Positions 22,965 to 35,068 of a stretch of DNA of 64,000 nt are shown in pieces; position 1 is the stretch's first letter, and every line of letters begins with the position of its first letter. A program made the position numbers and the translations under genes. The notes under the pieces are model-generated. The model was given only the letters and a program-made list of their open reading frames with translations. It was not told the DNA's origin and did not search any database. Origin of the DNA: Lytechinus pictus (taxonomy: Eukaryota); contig NC_087251.1 of NCBI RefSeq assembly GCF_037042905.1, forward strand, positions 41,852,001 through 41,916,000. The letters are read 5' to 3'.

Positions 22965-23737
22965 GTAAGCTCCATGTGATTCTGTTTTCTTGTTCTGAAA
23001 GTGTCTGTGTTTGTCTGGAGTGGAATGATTGGGAGCGAGAAGTACATAATAAAGTGTTATTGAAGAAATTATCGGCAACGTGCGTGCAAAATATTGATAT
23101 TTGAATTTTTATGAAATATAAATGACTGTGTACAACCGAAGCATGCAAGATATACAAGGACAGTCCATGTACACGGCCATTCATCAGTTGAATACATGTG
23201 TAATATTTCTATAATCCCTGTCCATGCAGGATAATGCTGTTATTTTTAAGGTGCTAAAGACATGATTTCTAAAAAGCTTTTTCTTCTACAGATTATCATA
23301 ATTGTCATTAGAATTAACGTACATTATTGTTAGTCTTATGTAGTAGTACAACCGATCCTTGTCATGTAATATAACAGTAGTTCAAGTGGCTTAATTATAA
23401 TTGTTTCATTGGCATAATCATTTCAGGTTTCAATTCTGGTTTCTGGCTATTTATGGTTTTGAAGATGTTCATATTTAAGGAGAAGCTACATGTATTTTTG
23501 GGTGTCTGAGATACATATGTTTATGGTATTTATATTAATCAGCACTCAATTACAAATAAAGTAGATGCAAAGATAATAAAAGCACAAGAAATACTTGTTT
23601 GACATTTCAATCATTTAAAGCATAGCACGTGCTTAGGGCAAGTCATGATAGTAATATAAACACAGAATAAATTATTCTCAGTTCCTGAAGAGTAGGCCTA
23701 TATATATTGATGGTATGCAGTAATAATGATATTCTAA

Positions 23738-23890
23738 CAGTGGCGTACGCAAGGGGGGGGGGGGGTTACAGGTGGGGTTTTTTGGGGGGAGTACAAAACG
23801 ACCTAAAATATGTGGTAAAGACCTTTTTTTTTGTCAGCATTTCTTTCAGCTTGAACCCCCCCCCTTTCAAAAATCCTGCGTACACGACTG
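23738..23890. mobile_element. Small MITE with G/C tracts
   Basis: Imperfect TIR CAGTGGCGTACGCA...TGCGTACACGACTG. Confidence 0.6.
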
Positions 23891-24017
23891 TGTTACATAT
23901 CAATCTTTTACTTTTACTAGTAGAGATCTTTCCTAATCTGCTTTACTTGGTTTACTGTTTAACATTAATTCAATTAATTGAATTACCCAATGTTATCCCT
24001 CTGAGAAATGTACTATA

Positions 24018-24312
24018 CAGTGCGTTCCACAAAAAAGAAACCAAGAATTATCAATGATTTATCATAAATTAATAAAAAAAATATTAGACAATTGACCTAT
24101 CCTTGTCCTCTCTGGTATAAATTAGATGATTCTTCATTTATACATGAGTGAGTCAAAACAATTCTTGGCAGGCGGTATCTTAGTTTCAATCATCTACCGG
24201 TACATACAAGTTATATCAGATGAAAGAGGAGACTTTAAGCTTTACAATGATAGGTCATTGTCTATTTGTCATTTAGTTAGTTTTTATTTTTGTTGTTTTC
24301 TGAGAAGCACTG
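24018..24312. mobile_element. Tc1/mariner-type MITE, internally deleted relative of 11426-12236
   Basis: TA|CAGTGCGTT...GAAGCACTG|TA with shared arm sequence. Confidence 0.7.
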
Positions 24313-24380
24313 TATATCTAAGAAATCCCTGTAATACATGCGAACTTCAATAAAACAAAATTCTCTGTTTGTTTTGGCAG

Positions 24381-24495
24381 GTTTCTGATGCAAATGTTTT
24401 TTCGGAGGTATTGCTGACCTGTCTCCAGCATCCTTCCTTAGAAACTCTGAATGTGAATGATACCAGAATCAGTGAAACTGGCAATCAAGACATCG
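24381..24495 (+). CDS. LRR gene exon 6 (seed of the minisatellite)
   Basis: TTTTGGCAG|VSDANVFSEVLLTCLQHPSLETLNVNDTRISETGNQDI g|GTAGGT, phase 0-1. Confidence 0.88.
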
Positions 24496-27400
24496 GTAGG
24501 TTAAACCATTAGCATTATGAATCAGGAGAGCTTTCTATGAATGTGAATGATACCAGAGTCAATGTGACTGGCAATCAAGACATTGGTAGGTTAGCATTAT
24601 TAATCAGGGAGCTTTCTATGGATGTGAATGATACCAGAGTCAATGTGACTGGCAATCAAGACATAAGTAGGTTAGCATTATGAATCGGGAGAGCTTTCTA
24701 TGAATGTGAATGATACCAGAGTCAATGTGACTGGCATTCAAGACATTGGTAGATTAGCATTATGAATCAGGAGAGCTTTCTATGAATGTGAATGATACCA
24801 GAGTCAATGTGACTGGCAATCAAGACATTGGTAGATTACCATTATTAATCAGGAGAGCTTTCTATGAATGTGAATGATACCAGAGTCAATGTGACTGGCA
24901 TTCAAGACATTGGTAGATTAGCATTATTAATCAGGAGAGCTTTCTATGAATGTGAATGATACCAGAGTCAATGTAACTGGCAATCAAGACATTGGTAGGT
25001 TAGCATTATGAATCAGGAGAGCTTTCTATGAATGTGAATGATACCAAAGTCAATGTGACTGGCAATCAAGACATTGGTAGGTTAGCATTATGAATCAGAA
25101 GAGCTTTTCATGAATGTGAATGATACCAGAGTCAATGTGACTGGCATTCAAGACATTGGTAGATTAGCATTATGAATCAGGAGAGCTTTCTATGAATGTG
25201 AATGATACCAGAGTCAATGTGACTGGCAATCAAGACATTGGTAGGTTAGCATAATGAATCAGGAGAGCTTTCTATGAATGTGAATGATACCAGAGTCAAT
25301 GTGACTGGCAATCAAGACATTGGTAGGTTAGCATTATGAATCAGGAGAGCTTTCTATGAATGTGAATGATACCAGAGTCAATGTGACTGGCAATCAAGAC
25401 ATTGGTAGGATAGCATTATTAATCAGGACATTAGCTTTTCACGAATGTGAATGATACCAGAATTAATGTGACTGGCAATCAAGACATTGGTAGATTAGCA
25501 TTATTAATCAGGGGAGCTTTCTATGAATGTGAATGATACCAGAGTCAATGTGACTGGCAATCAAGACATAAGTAGGTTAGCATTATGAATCGGGAGAGCT
25601 TTCTATGAATGTGAATGATACCAGAGTCAATGTGACTAGCAATCAAGACATTGGTAGATTACCATTATTAATCAGGACTTGAGCTTTTCATGAATGTGAA
25701 TGTTACCAGAGTCAATGTGACTGGCAATCAAGACATTGGTAGATTAGCATAATGAATCAGATGAGCTTTCTATGAATGTGAATGATACCAGAGTCAATGT
25801 GACTAGCAATCAAGACATTGGTAGATTAGCATTATGAATCGGGAGAGCTTTCTATGAATGTGAATGATACCAGAGTCAATGTGACTGGCATTCAAGACAT
25901 TGGTAGATTAGCATTATGAATCAGGAGAGCTTTCTATGAATGTGAATGATACCAGAGTCAATGTGACTGGCAATCAAGACATTGGTAGATTAGCATAATG
26001 AATCAGGAGAGCTTTCTATGAATGTGAATGATACCAGAGTCAATGTGACTAGCAATCAAGACATTGGTAGATTACCATTATTAATCAGGACTTGAGCTTT
26101 TCATGAATGTGAATGTTACCAGAGTCAATGTGACTGGCAATCAAGACATTGGTAGATTAGCATAATGAATCAGATGAGCTTTCTATGAATGTGAATGATA
26201 CCAGAGTCAATGTGACTAGCAATCAAGACATTGGTAGATTACCATTATTAATCAGGACTTGAGCTTTTCATGAATGTGAATGATACCAGAGTCAATGTGA
26301 CTGGCAATCAAGACATTGGTAGATTAGCATTATTAATCAGGGGAGCTTCTTTTGAATGTGAATGATACCAGAGTCAATGTGACTGGCAATCAGGACATTG
26401 GTAGGTTAGCATTATTAATCAGGGAGCTTTCTATGAATGTGAATCGATGTGACTGGCAATCAAGACATAAGTAGGTTAGCATTATGAATCAGGAGAGCTT
26501 TCTATGAATGTGAATGATACCAGAGTCAATGTGACTGGCATTCAAGACATTGGTAGGTTAGCATTATGAATCGGGAGAGCTTTCTATGAATGTGAATGAT
26601 ACCAGAGTCAATGTGACTGGCATTCAAGACATTGGTAGATTAGCATTATGAATCAGGAGAGCTTTCTATGAATGTGAATGATACCAGAGTCAATGTGACT
26701 GGCAATCAAGACATTGGTAGATTATTAGCATTATGAATCAGGAGAGCTTTCTATGAATGTGAATGATACCAGAGTCAATGTGACTGGCATTCAAGACATT
26801 GGTAGGTTAGCATTATGAATCGGGAGAGCTTTCTATGAATGTGAATGATACCAGAGTCAATGTGACTGGCATTCAAGACATTGGTAGATTAGCATTATGA
26901 ATCAGGAGAGCTTTCTATGAATGTGAATGATACCAGAGTCAATGTGACTGGCAATCAAGACATTGGTAGATTAGCATTATGAATCAGGAGAGCTTTCTAT
27001 GAATGTGAATGATACCAGAGTCAATGTGACTGGCAATCAAGACATTGGTAGATTACCATTATTAATCAGGACTTGAGCTTTTCATGAATGTGAATGATAC
27101 CAGAGTCAATGTGACTGGCAATCAAGACATTGGTAGGTTAGCATTATGAATCAGGAGAGCTTTCTATGAATGTGAATGATACCAGAGTCAATGTGACTGG
27201 CATTCAAGACATTGGTAGATTAGCATTATGAATCGGGAGAGCTTTCTATGAATGTGAATGATACCAGAGTCAATGTGACTGGCATTCAAGACATTGGTAG
27301 ATTAGCATTATGAATCAGGAGAGCTTTCTATGAATGTGAATGATACCAGAGTCAATGTGACTGGCAATCAAGACATTGGTAGATTACCATTATTAATCAG

Positions 27401-28081
27401 GACTTGAGCTTTTCATGAATGTGAATGATACCAGAGTCAATGTGACTGGCAATCAAGACATTGGTAGGTTAGCATTATGAATCAGGAGAGCTTTCTATGA
27501 ATGTGAATGATACCAGAGTCAATGTGACTGGCAATCAAGACATTGGTAGGTTAGCATTATGAATCAGGAGAGCTTTCTATGAATGTGAATGATAACAGAG
27601 TCAATGTGACTGGCAATCAAGACATTGGTAGGTTAGCATTATGAATCAGGAGAGCTTTCTATGAATGTGAATGATACCAGAGTCAATGTGACTGGCATTC
27701 AAGACATTGGTAGATTAGCATTATGAATCAGGACTCTAGCTTTTCATGAATGTGAATGATACCAGAGTCAATGTGACTGGCAATCAAGACATAAGTAGGT
27801 TAGCATTATTAATCAGGACTCTAGCTTTTCATGAATGTGAATGATACCAGAGTCAATGTGACTGGCAATCAAGACATTGGCAGGTTAGCATTATTAATCA
27901 GGAGAGCTTTCTATGAATGTGAATGATACCAAAGTCAATGTGACTGGCAATCAAGACATTGGTAGGTTAGCATAATGAATCAGGAAAGCTTTCTATGAAT
28001 GTGAATGATACCAGAGTCAATGTGACTGGCAATCAAGACATTGGTAGGTTAGCATTATGAATCTGGAGAGCTTTTTATGAA
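24448..28081 (+). repeat. Minisatellite of ~44 units of mostly 82 bp (81-85), derived from exon-6 end + splice donor + MITE end
   Basis: Consensus ATGAATGTGAATGATACCAGAGTCAATGTGACTGGCAATCAAGACATTG-GTAG(G/A)TTAGCATTATGAATCAG-GAGAGCTTTCT. The first unit is the exon itself. Copy number is estimated from length. Confidence 0.95.
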
Positions 28082-28188
28082 GCAACCTGTCAGTGATTTT
28101 CAGCGACATATTTACTCTTAGCCCTTCAGAGTTTCTGTTTCTTGCATAGTTGTTTTGGAAAAAACTGCTTCTTTCATGAAACACTCAC
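28063..28188. mobile_element. Degenerate MITE whose left end forms part of the repeat unit
   Basis: GGAGAGCTTTTTATGAAGCAACCTGTCAGTGATTTTC...TTTCATGAAACACTCAC. The ends resemble the CAGGGGAGTGTTT...AAACGCTCCCCTG element at 57337-57473. Confidence 0.55.
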
Positions 28189-28190
28189 TT

Positions 28191-28320
28191 GGGGACTGTA
28201 ACACAAGGCTTGGCAATCATTGTACAATTTTTTGTATGATTGATTACATTGACTGCAATGTATAATATATCATGAAAATCACACGTATGATTAATCACCA
28301 ACTTTTGTGTTATGGGACCC
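28191..28320. mobile_element. Harbinger-type MITE
   Basis: Imperfect TIR GGGGACTGTAACACAA...TTGTGTTATGGGACCC. Confidence 0.5.
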
Positions 28321-29007
28321 AGGTTATCCCAGTATTCAAGCTTATGAGAATAAACATTTTTATAGTAAATGAGTTAAGAAATCATTGAATCTCTAAGAGA
28401 CTCAGCTTACAGCGATGATACTGCAAAAAAAAAAAAAAAAAAACAATTAATCTTCAAAATACAGTACTTAGCCAATATAATGTATAACTTGTAGGTTTCA
28501 TGTGAATTTCTTTGTTGAACTGGTAATAGTATGACTCTGTTAAACGTCAATATTTTCGTCAATAAATTTTTCTGAGTACAATTTTGTATAATTTGTATGT
28601 AAAAGAGTTATGTAAATTAATTTGATTCGTTATTGATTTGTTTATGTTATGAAATAAAGTTTTTTTTTATTCTCTGGAATAAAAAGGAAAGAAAGAAAAA
28701 AAAATGAATCTGTTAAACTATTCTTCATCAGTATGCTTGAAGAGATTAGTTGTTCTACTCAAGCTTTCAGAACCAAATCTGGCCCATTTAAAGGATTTCA
28801 GGCTTTTCACCAACTTCTTGGCAAACATGCTTCCTCAGTGTATCGTATTAACACAAGCAAAAATTAAAAATTAAGAACCTAGTATAACTATAAGACATTA
28901 TTAGTCTTTAATAGGTCAGATTTCTTGTCACAATATCCTGTATTCTCGTATTCATTTAATCAGCAAGGCCTTTCATCTCCTGTATTCTCTCACTCATAAA
29001 CACATAG

Positions 29008-29220
29008 ATTCAGCATCCATAAGTGAAAAAAGGAAAAGCAGCCTGAAAATGTTGAATTTGGCGAACTGCTCCATAACTGATGACATCATGAAAGTACTGG
29101 CCAATCAGCTTCCTGCATGCTTACCACATGTCACAGAATTGAGTTTATCAGGAAACTCTGAGATGATGACAGTCTCGCTTCAGTATGTTGCTCAGCTGAC
29201 TGCATTGACAGAGGGTTCAG
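29008..29220 (+). CDS. LRR gene exon 7
   Basis: TAG|(D)SASISEKRKSSLKMLNLANCSITDDIMKVLANQLPACLPHVTELSLSGNSEMMTVSLQYVAQLTALTEGS g|GTAGGT, phase 1-1. An alternative acceptor at 29014 is also in frame. Confidence 0.85.
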
Positions 29221-30393
29221 GTAGGTAACCAACATATTTCTACAAGATTTTACTGAAAATACTTTGTACTTTATACTTTGCACTAAAAGCAACATAATGG
29301 TTCATAGCAAATTATTTTACCCTTGTTTGAATAAATCAAACAAACAGATGAATTAATTCCATACCATCTTATATACATGTAGCTAAATATATGTAGAGGG
29401 AATAATTGTTGACATACTGTATGTTTTCATATTAGGAGGTCAAGTAAAGGGTATTACTCAAAACAATGTGAATAAAATAGATCACAGTGGATGAGCCTCT
29501 AGTCAAGAACTTGCGACTTATTCAATTAACTATTCTATTCCATCTGATTACTGGTTAGATCTCCACAGAGCCTGCATCTATTAAGTCAAAGTTATTGGCA
29601 AAGTGAAAAGAGAGCATATTGGTCATTACACAAAATATGGAAACATTAAGATAGAACGACAATTGGATTTTTTAAAATATCATACCATAATATGAATATC
29701 TGAAATTAGAATTAAACTAAGTTTTGGCTTGACGCAGTCCTCACTATAACCCTGTAACATAAAGCCGAACAAGTGATTATAGAACTGAAATAGAATTGAT
29801 AATATGATCACTGCACAATCAAGCATTAAAATCAGTTGTACATAATTGCTAAGCTTTGCTTTCATAGGGTCCTAATTGTATTAGCCAGAGCGTTGGGAAT
29901 TACACCAATTGGTTTTAGACCAAATGGTTGAAATCTTCTGCTTTGGCCTAGAGAAATTATTCTTGATAAGTAATTATTAATATTTAATCTGTGCTAATAG
30001 TGTATTCTCCAGGATACCAATACCATTAGCCTATTTGAAGGAATTACGGTCTGAAAAGGATATTTGTCAGTGCCACCTAACTTATACTGATTGATTGATC
30101 GTAGAAATTTGTATTTTCTTTGTTAATTTGGATTTTGCACGATCTTCTTTATTGTTTAACTTAGAATACAAAACTGATTTGAAGTATTTTGCACTTTGCA
30201 ATTGGCACTCCAATATGCTACACTAGTCTTGAATGAATTTTCTCACAATATCAATTCTCCAGCATAAGTGTAGTATTCAGACCACTATATAACATATTCT
30301 AATGTGTCAGGTTTTCTGTTTGCAAACTTGAATTTAACAGAGTTAAATTAATTAAACTAATTTGTTCAAATATGTCCTCTGTCTTAACTTCAG

Positions 30394-30645
30394 AATCCTC
30401 CATATCATCAGGTTTGACTCATCTTCACCTTGATCAGCAGTCTTTGGAAGATCTTCCTGATCATCTTCTCAACAATCCATCCTTCCCTAGCCTTACCATG
30501 CTGAGTATATGTAAGGCCAAGATATCACCAGCTAGTCTGGGTAGACTATCTCATCTACTACAGGGACCAGGTGGTCTCACAGAGCTCTGTTTGAGCGGAC
30601 TCAAACTGTCAGAGACAGAAGCATTGGAACAGCTCTTTGAGCCAG
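30394..30645 (+). CDS. LRR gene exon 8
   Basis: TTCAG|(E)SSISSGLTHLHLDQQSL...LTMLSICKAKI...LTELCLSGLKLSETEALEQLFEP g|GTGAGG, phase 1-1. Confidence 0.88.
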
Positions 30646-30737
30646 GTGAGGGGATTGATAGTATGACACATGCCTTGATTCGTGCATTTCATAGTACATG
30701 CGCCACCAAGTCATTATCATTAGAGTCCTACGTGTAC

Positions 30738-31197
30738 TTTTTTTTGTCTCGCCCACCGGAGGTGAAGGCGAGACTTGGGGATCCAAATGTCGTCCGTCGT
30801 CCGTCCGTCACAAACCTAATGACACAACTCCGCAACCATAAGTCACTTTTCAACCAAACTTGGATGGTAGATGGACTTGGGGGACCTGCATGTTATGCTG
30901 CAGTCGGATGTCACATGGTAAGGTCAAAGGTCATTTTCAGGACAACGTTAAAGTTTACATGCAAGACTCTTATGACACCTAACTCTGCAACCGTAAGTCA
31001 CTTTTCAACCAAACTTGGGTTGTAGGTGTACTTAGGAGACCTGCATGTTATTGTGTTTGGAGGTCACACGGTATGGTCAAAGTTCATTTTGAGGTCGACA
31101 TTAAAGTTTATGGGCAAGACTCTTATGACAAGTGTTATTCCATCCCAGTCATTTCACAATGAAGTTTTGATACAATTCTGTTGCGTGCCCTCGCAAA
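30738..31197 (+). mobile_element. HINE-like element, family 2
   Basis: T-run + GTCTCGCCCACC with hairpin partner GGTGAAGGCGAGAC, a (CGTC)n tract, two ~155-bp cores, and a terminal hairpin TTGCG..CGCAA. The same 5' end recurs inverted at 63925-63978. Confidence 0.7.
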
Positions 31198-31941
31198 GTG
31201 CAGGGAAGAATAAGGATTAATCAGTAGAACTACAAGTGAGGTCAAAGGAAAATTGTATTTTTAAATGAGGTTTGTATTTACTTTGAAAGAGATATAGTGA
31301 TTAATGCATAGTGTTGAGTATACTGTTGTTGACCAGTATTTCAGGAACAACACAAAGGAGTGACGTCACAATAAGGGCACAACTTACATAATGAAATGCA
31401 TAAATTTTGAAAGGAATATGATATTGAAAAATGTGTACTGTTCATGGGAAACATAGATATGTTGGCATTGCACATCATATGAGTAAATCCCATTTAGAAC
31501 AAAGTAACCTCATTTTCTGGTATGGCTCCATTACTTCTCATGCATAACACTAAAAATCATACAAAATATATCATTTTGTTGCATTGTTATCTTTCTCATT
31601 GCTAATCATTTTGAAAGGAAAATAATCACTTAATGTGACAGGGAACAAATGAATCACTGTTTTCTCTTGAAAATTAGCAAATATCTCAATTCTATTGGAA
31701 TTCTGGATCAAGCTCCATTTATATTTTATACATAAACATTAAAAAGGGAAATGTAGCAATGAAAGAAAAATTACATTTTTCCAATTAATAGAATTAAAAC
31801 TGATCATTGAAGATTTCACATTCCCCTTAATAACCAAGAAGATGTTAGTTCATTTGTTTTTAAAGTCAAGTTGACATAATTACATTCACAAAGATTGCAC
31901 TGAAAAGTAATGTTCAATTGTCTGCTTTGTTGTGGTTACAG

Positions 31942-32159
31942 CTGTCAATCTGAGCTTGAAGAGTCTTTCCTTAGCTGGTTGTGCCCTCAAAGACTCTGAC
32001 CTTCAACCGCTGACCTCTGCACTTTCTGCTGGATGGTGTGTGACCTCATTGACCTTAGCCAGCAACAGATTGACGGGGTCAGGGGTCAATCCCCTGCTGG
32101 AGGCCTTGACCAGTTCCGAAGAACCATGCATTGAATCTCTGAATCTCAACTCAAATCAG
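31942..32159 (+). CDS. LRR gene exon 9
   Basis: TACAG|(A)VNLSLKSLSLAGCALKDSDL...VTSLTLASNRLTGSGV...IESLNLNSNQ|GTAATT, phase 1-0. Confidence 0.9.
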
Positions 32160-32629
32160 GTAATTAAAAAAAAACAAATTGAAGGGTTTCCTCTGCTGTT
32201 TTCCATCATATCATCCTTCTGCAATAATGAAACAAAGGGAAGAAAACAGAGTTGATATCCAGTTCATATACAGCATAATAAATATTTGTTGTTGTAATTT
32301 ATTTTGTCAAAATGAGGGAAATATTATCGTAACTCTCAATTCCAGCATTCTAAATCAGCATCTTTTGAAGTAAATAATGTGAAACCAAATAAAAATCAAC
32401 TATGTAGGAAGCTGGTTATTTTGAGAGTTTACTATACTATTGAGTGAGAATGTACAAGGATTCATTGTACAGAAGTCTTTTTGATGTGGTTGTATACATG
32501 ATGTATTTGGGAATTCTAAGGGTTGAATGTCGATCGATTTTATTAAATTCTATAAGAATTGCATGCTTACAGGCTTTCAATTTGAAAAAAAATCTATATT
32601 TTTTTCTTACTTACATTTACATCATCCAG

Positions 32630-32846
32630 CTATCAGATGACTGTCAAGATGTGCTGACTAGTCTCCTTACCAAGGCCAAGAAGCTGCATACATTATCTTT
32701 CAATAGAAATAGCCTGGGTTGTCAGACTTTATCAGCAATAATGAATGCATTACACCTGGCAGAGAGTCTAAAGCTGCTTGATCTGAGAAATCCTTTAGAT
32801 GAAGAAGATATGGAAGAACTCATGAAGAATTTATCAGAGGAACTAG
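32630..32846 (+). CDS. LRR gene exon 10
   Basis: CCAG|LSDDCQDVLTSLLTKAKKLHTLSFNRNSLGCQ...LKLLDLRNPLDEEDMEELMKNLSEEL g|GTAAGA, phase 0-1. Confidence 0.9.
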
Positions 32847-33682
32847 GTAAGAATATATCCATTGACTGGTGGGGTATATCAAAGATATGATATAACATAT
32901 TCTGTTCCAGTGGTAAAGTCAAATTAACAATATTTGACAAGAAAACATGATTTCTTTCTTTAATCATCTTGTGGTAACATATAGTTTTATAAGATTCTGT
33001 TCATGCTATACAGGGGGGGGGGGGGGATACTACTTTCCCTATAAGTGAAGATTGGGAGAAAGAAAAGTTTTACAAGTTTTAACTAGTTATAGACAAAGCT
33101 TATATCTTGGTCTTCTTGGACAAAACTACAATTTAATTTTGTTTTTCTCTTTTGATTTCTCTGTTTTCTCTCTTAAGTTACTTACTTGCAATTGTCTAAA
33201 TATTGGCACCTGTTATGCATACTTTTAGCTCTTGACTGATTACATCGCTGGTTCTCCTACAACTCCTACTTGCAGGACAATTTATAAAATACTAATAATG
33301 ATAATAAAATGAACAATCCAAATGTCCCTGTATCTGTCATGTGTAGATGCTCATGACGCAGTATTGAAAGGAAATAGAAACATTGTGAAAAGGGAAGAGA
33401 GCTACTTTTACTGGAAAGCTTTCTGAATAACCAGATTTTTTGTAAGATTTTGAAGATGCTAAGAGAGGAAATTTTACAGAAATCTTGTGGAAATGATAAA
33501 AAATTATGGAGGGTCAATTGTCATAAGCATATCAGTGATTTTAATTTTCTGAATGTATCAGCAATTACAAAAGAATATTTGTGGAATTGGAAGATGAATA
33601 TCAAAATATGTAACTAATGTGACCGAAACTCAAAGCAAATTTGACTGAATAAAATTCAATTTCTTATCCTTTCTTATCCAAG

Positions 33683-33919
33683 GATACACCATACATGAAG
33701 ACGAATATGGTGGTATCGAGGCTGGACGTGGCCATCTTCCATCCAGATCATCTGACTTGTCCATCTTGTTGACTGGTCTTGGAGCTGACCTTGGACCTGT
33801 TGGTAGGTCACTGGACAGTGCAATGGTCAAGACTGACCATGGATTAAAGCATCCTCTTCCGCTTAGTCTTCAACATGCCTTACATCTTGGGGCTTGGATG
33901 ACTGCACAAGATCCCATGA
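33683..33919 (+). CDS. LRR gene exon 11 (post-LRR region; not in the ORF track)
   Basis: Pyrimidine tract + AAG|(G)YTIHEDEYGGIEAGRGHLPSRSSDLSILLTGLGADLGPVG...GAWMTAQDPM a|GTAAGT, open, phase 1-1. Confidence 0.78.
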
Positions 33920-35068
33920 GTAAGTGATAAATTTTCTTCGACAGTCCAGCTCAAATTCCCTGATAAAGCAGGCAATTTCTGATTAGATTTTTGTCTAGTA
34001 TTGTAGTTCAGAGATCATGAGTTTTAAAGTTATCGATCACACTTGAATTATTCAGATTTAATATTATTTACTTCAATTCAGCCCCACAATGCAAAAGGGA
34101 TGTGTACCTGTCCATTGATCATAATTTCTTCTCTGGTGATCCAATTCATTAGGACAAAACTTTGTTCAAAAATAATAAAATAGCAAAATGTACTTCATAG
34201 AGGTACATAGAGAAGATTTTGATTCTTAGACCAATATCCATCAAGATAATTTTTTTTAAAGAGTTGATGGTACTTGATTCAATGTACACAAATTTCTCTA
34301 ACAGATTCAAAGAATAAGAAGATGGAAAGGAATTTAAGTTTCTCAATTATAAAATTGCATACCTATGCATGATCTGTTGAAACTCAACAAAGTCTGAAAA
34401 ATAGAATCGGTTTTAAGGAAATTCTTTTACATCATTGATTGAATTTTGTACTTTGGCAGGAAATATAAGAGTTTCAATTCAAGATCAGCCAATTTAACCA
34501 AAAAAAAACATGGAATTTGAGCTTGACTTTCACGTATTCATTTATACATTGCTTGAATTTGCAAAAATGCTCCGCTGGCCTGTTATAAGGTAGATTTATC
34601 TAATGATTCTAGATTGTTTTGATTTTGAAATAAAAAGAGAAGAACTTTACAAAGTCTCTCATCGAGATTATTGCCATACTTTATTTATTCAGAAACATTT
34701 AGATGCTTGCAGATATAATTTGCTATGTAGTCTCCTATTCTGAATGTTGCTTTGATGCTAAATAGTATTTTCATTTTATTTGAAAAAGAACAATGTCTGC
34801 AATGTGGAAATTCAATAACTGTACCATTTCATGCATTTCTTATTTCATGCCCTGAAGTCGCGCATTTATTGTGATGTCATTCTACATTAACTCTGAGATA
34901 TTGGTCAAACAAAGTGTAATAAACACCATGAAATAATCCCTGTGTTTCTCAGTCAAAATAATTACAAACCTCATTTATACATAAACTACACTTCCCTGGA
35001 ATGACAATTGTAGTTCTACCAATTGTTTCCTGCACTTAGGATTCATTATTCAGTTGAATATCTCTTTG

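Noticed and set aside
24537..28060. Array of 21-aa ATG mini-ORFs (MNVNDTRVNVTGNQDIGRLAL*) as peptide genes
   Set aside because: The ATG is a by-product of the MITE/exon junction. There is no promoter, signal peptide or processing site.
24448..28081. CRISPR array
   Set aside because: Units are contiguous with no unique spacers, there are no cas genes, the context is eukaryotic, and the unit derives from the adjacent exon.
30372..31025. 217-aa ORF as a single-exon gene
   Set aside because: Only 30394-30645 is exon. The rest reads through the donor into intron and a HINE element.
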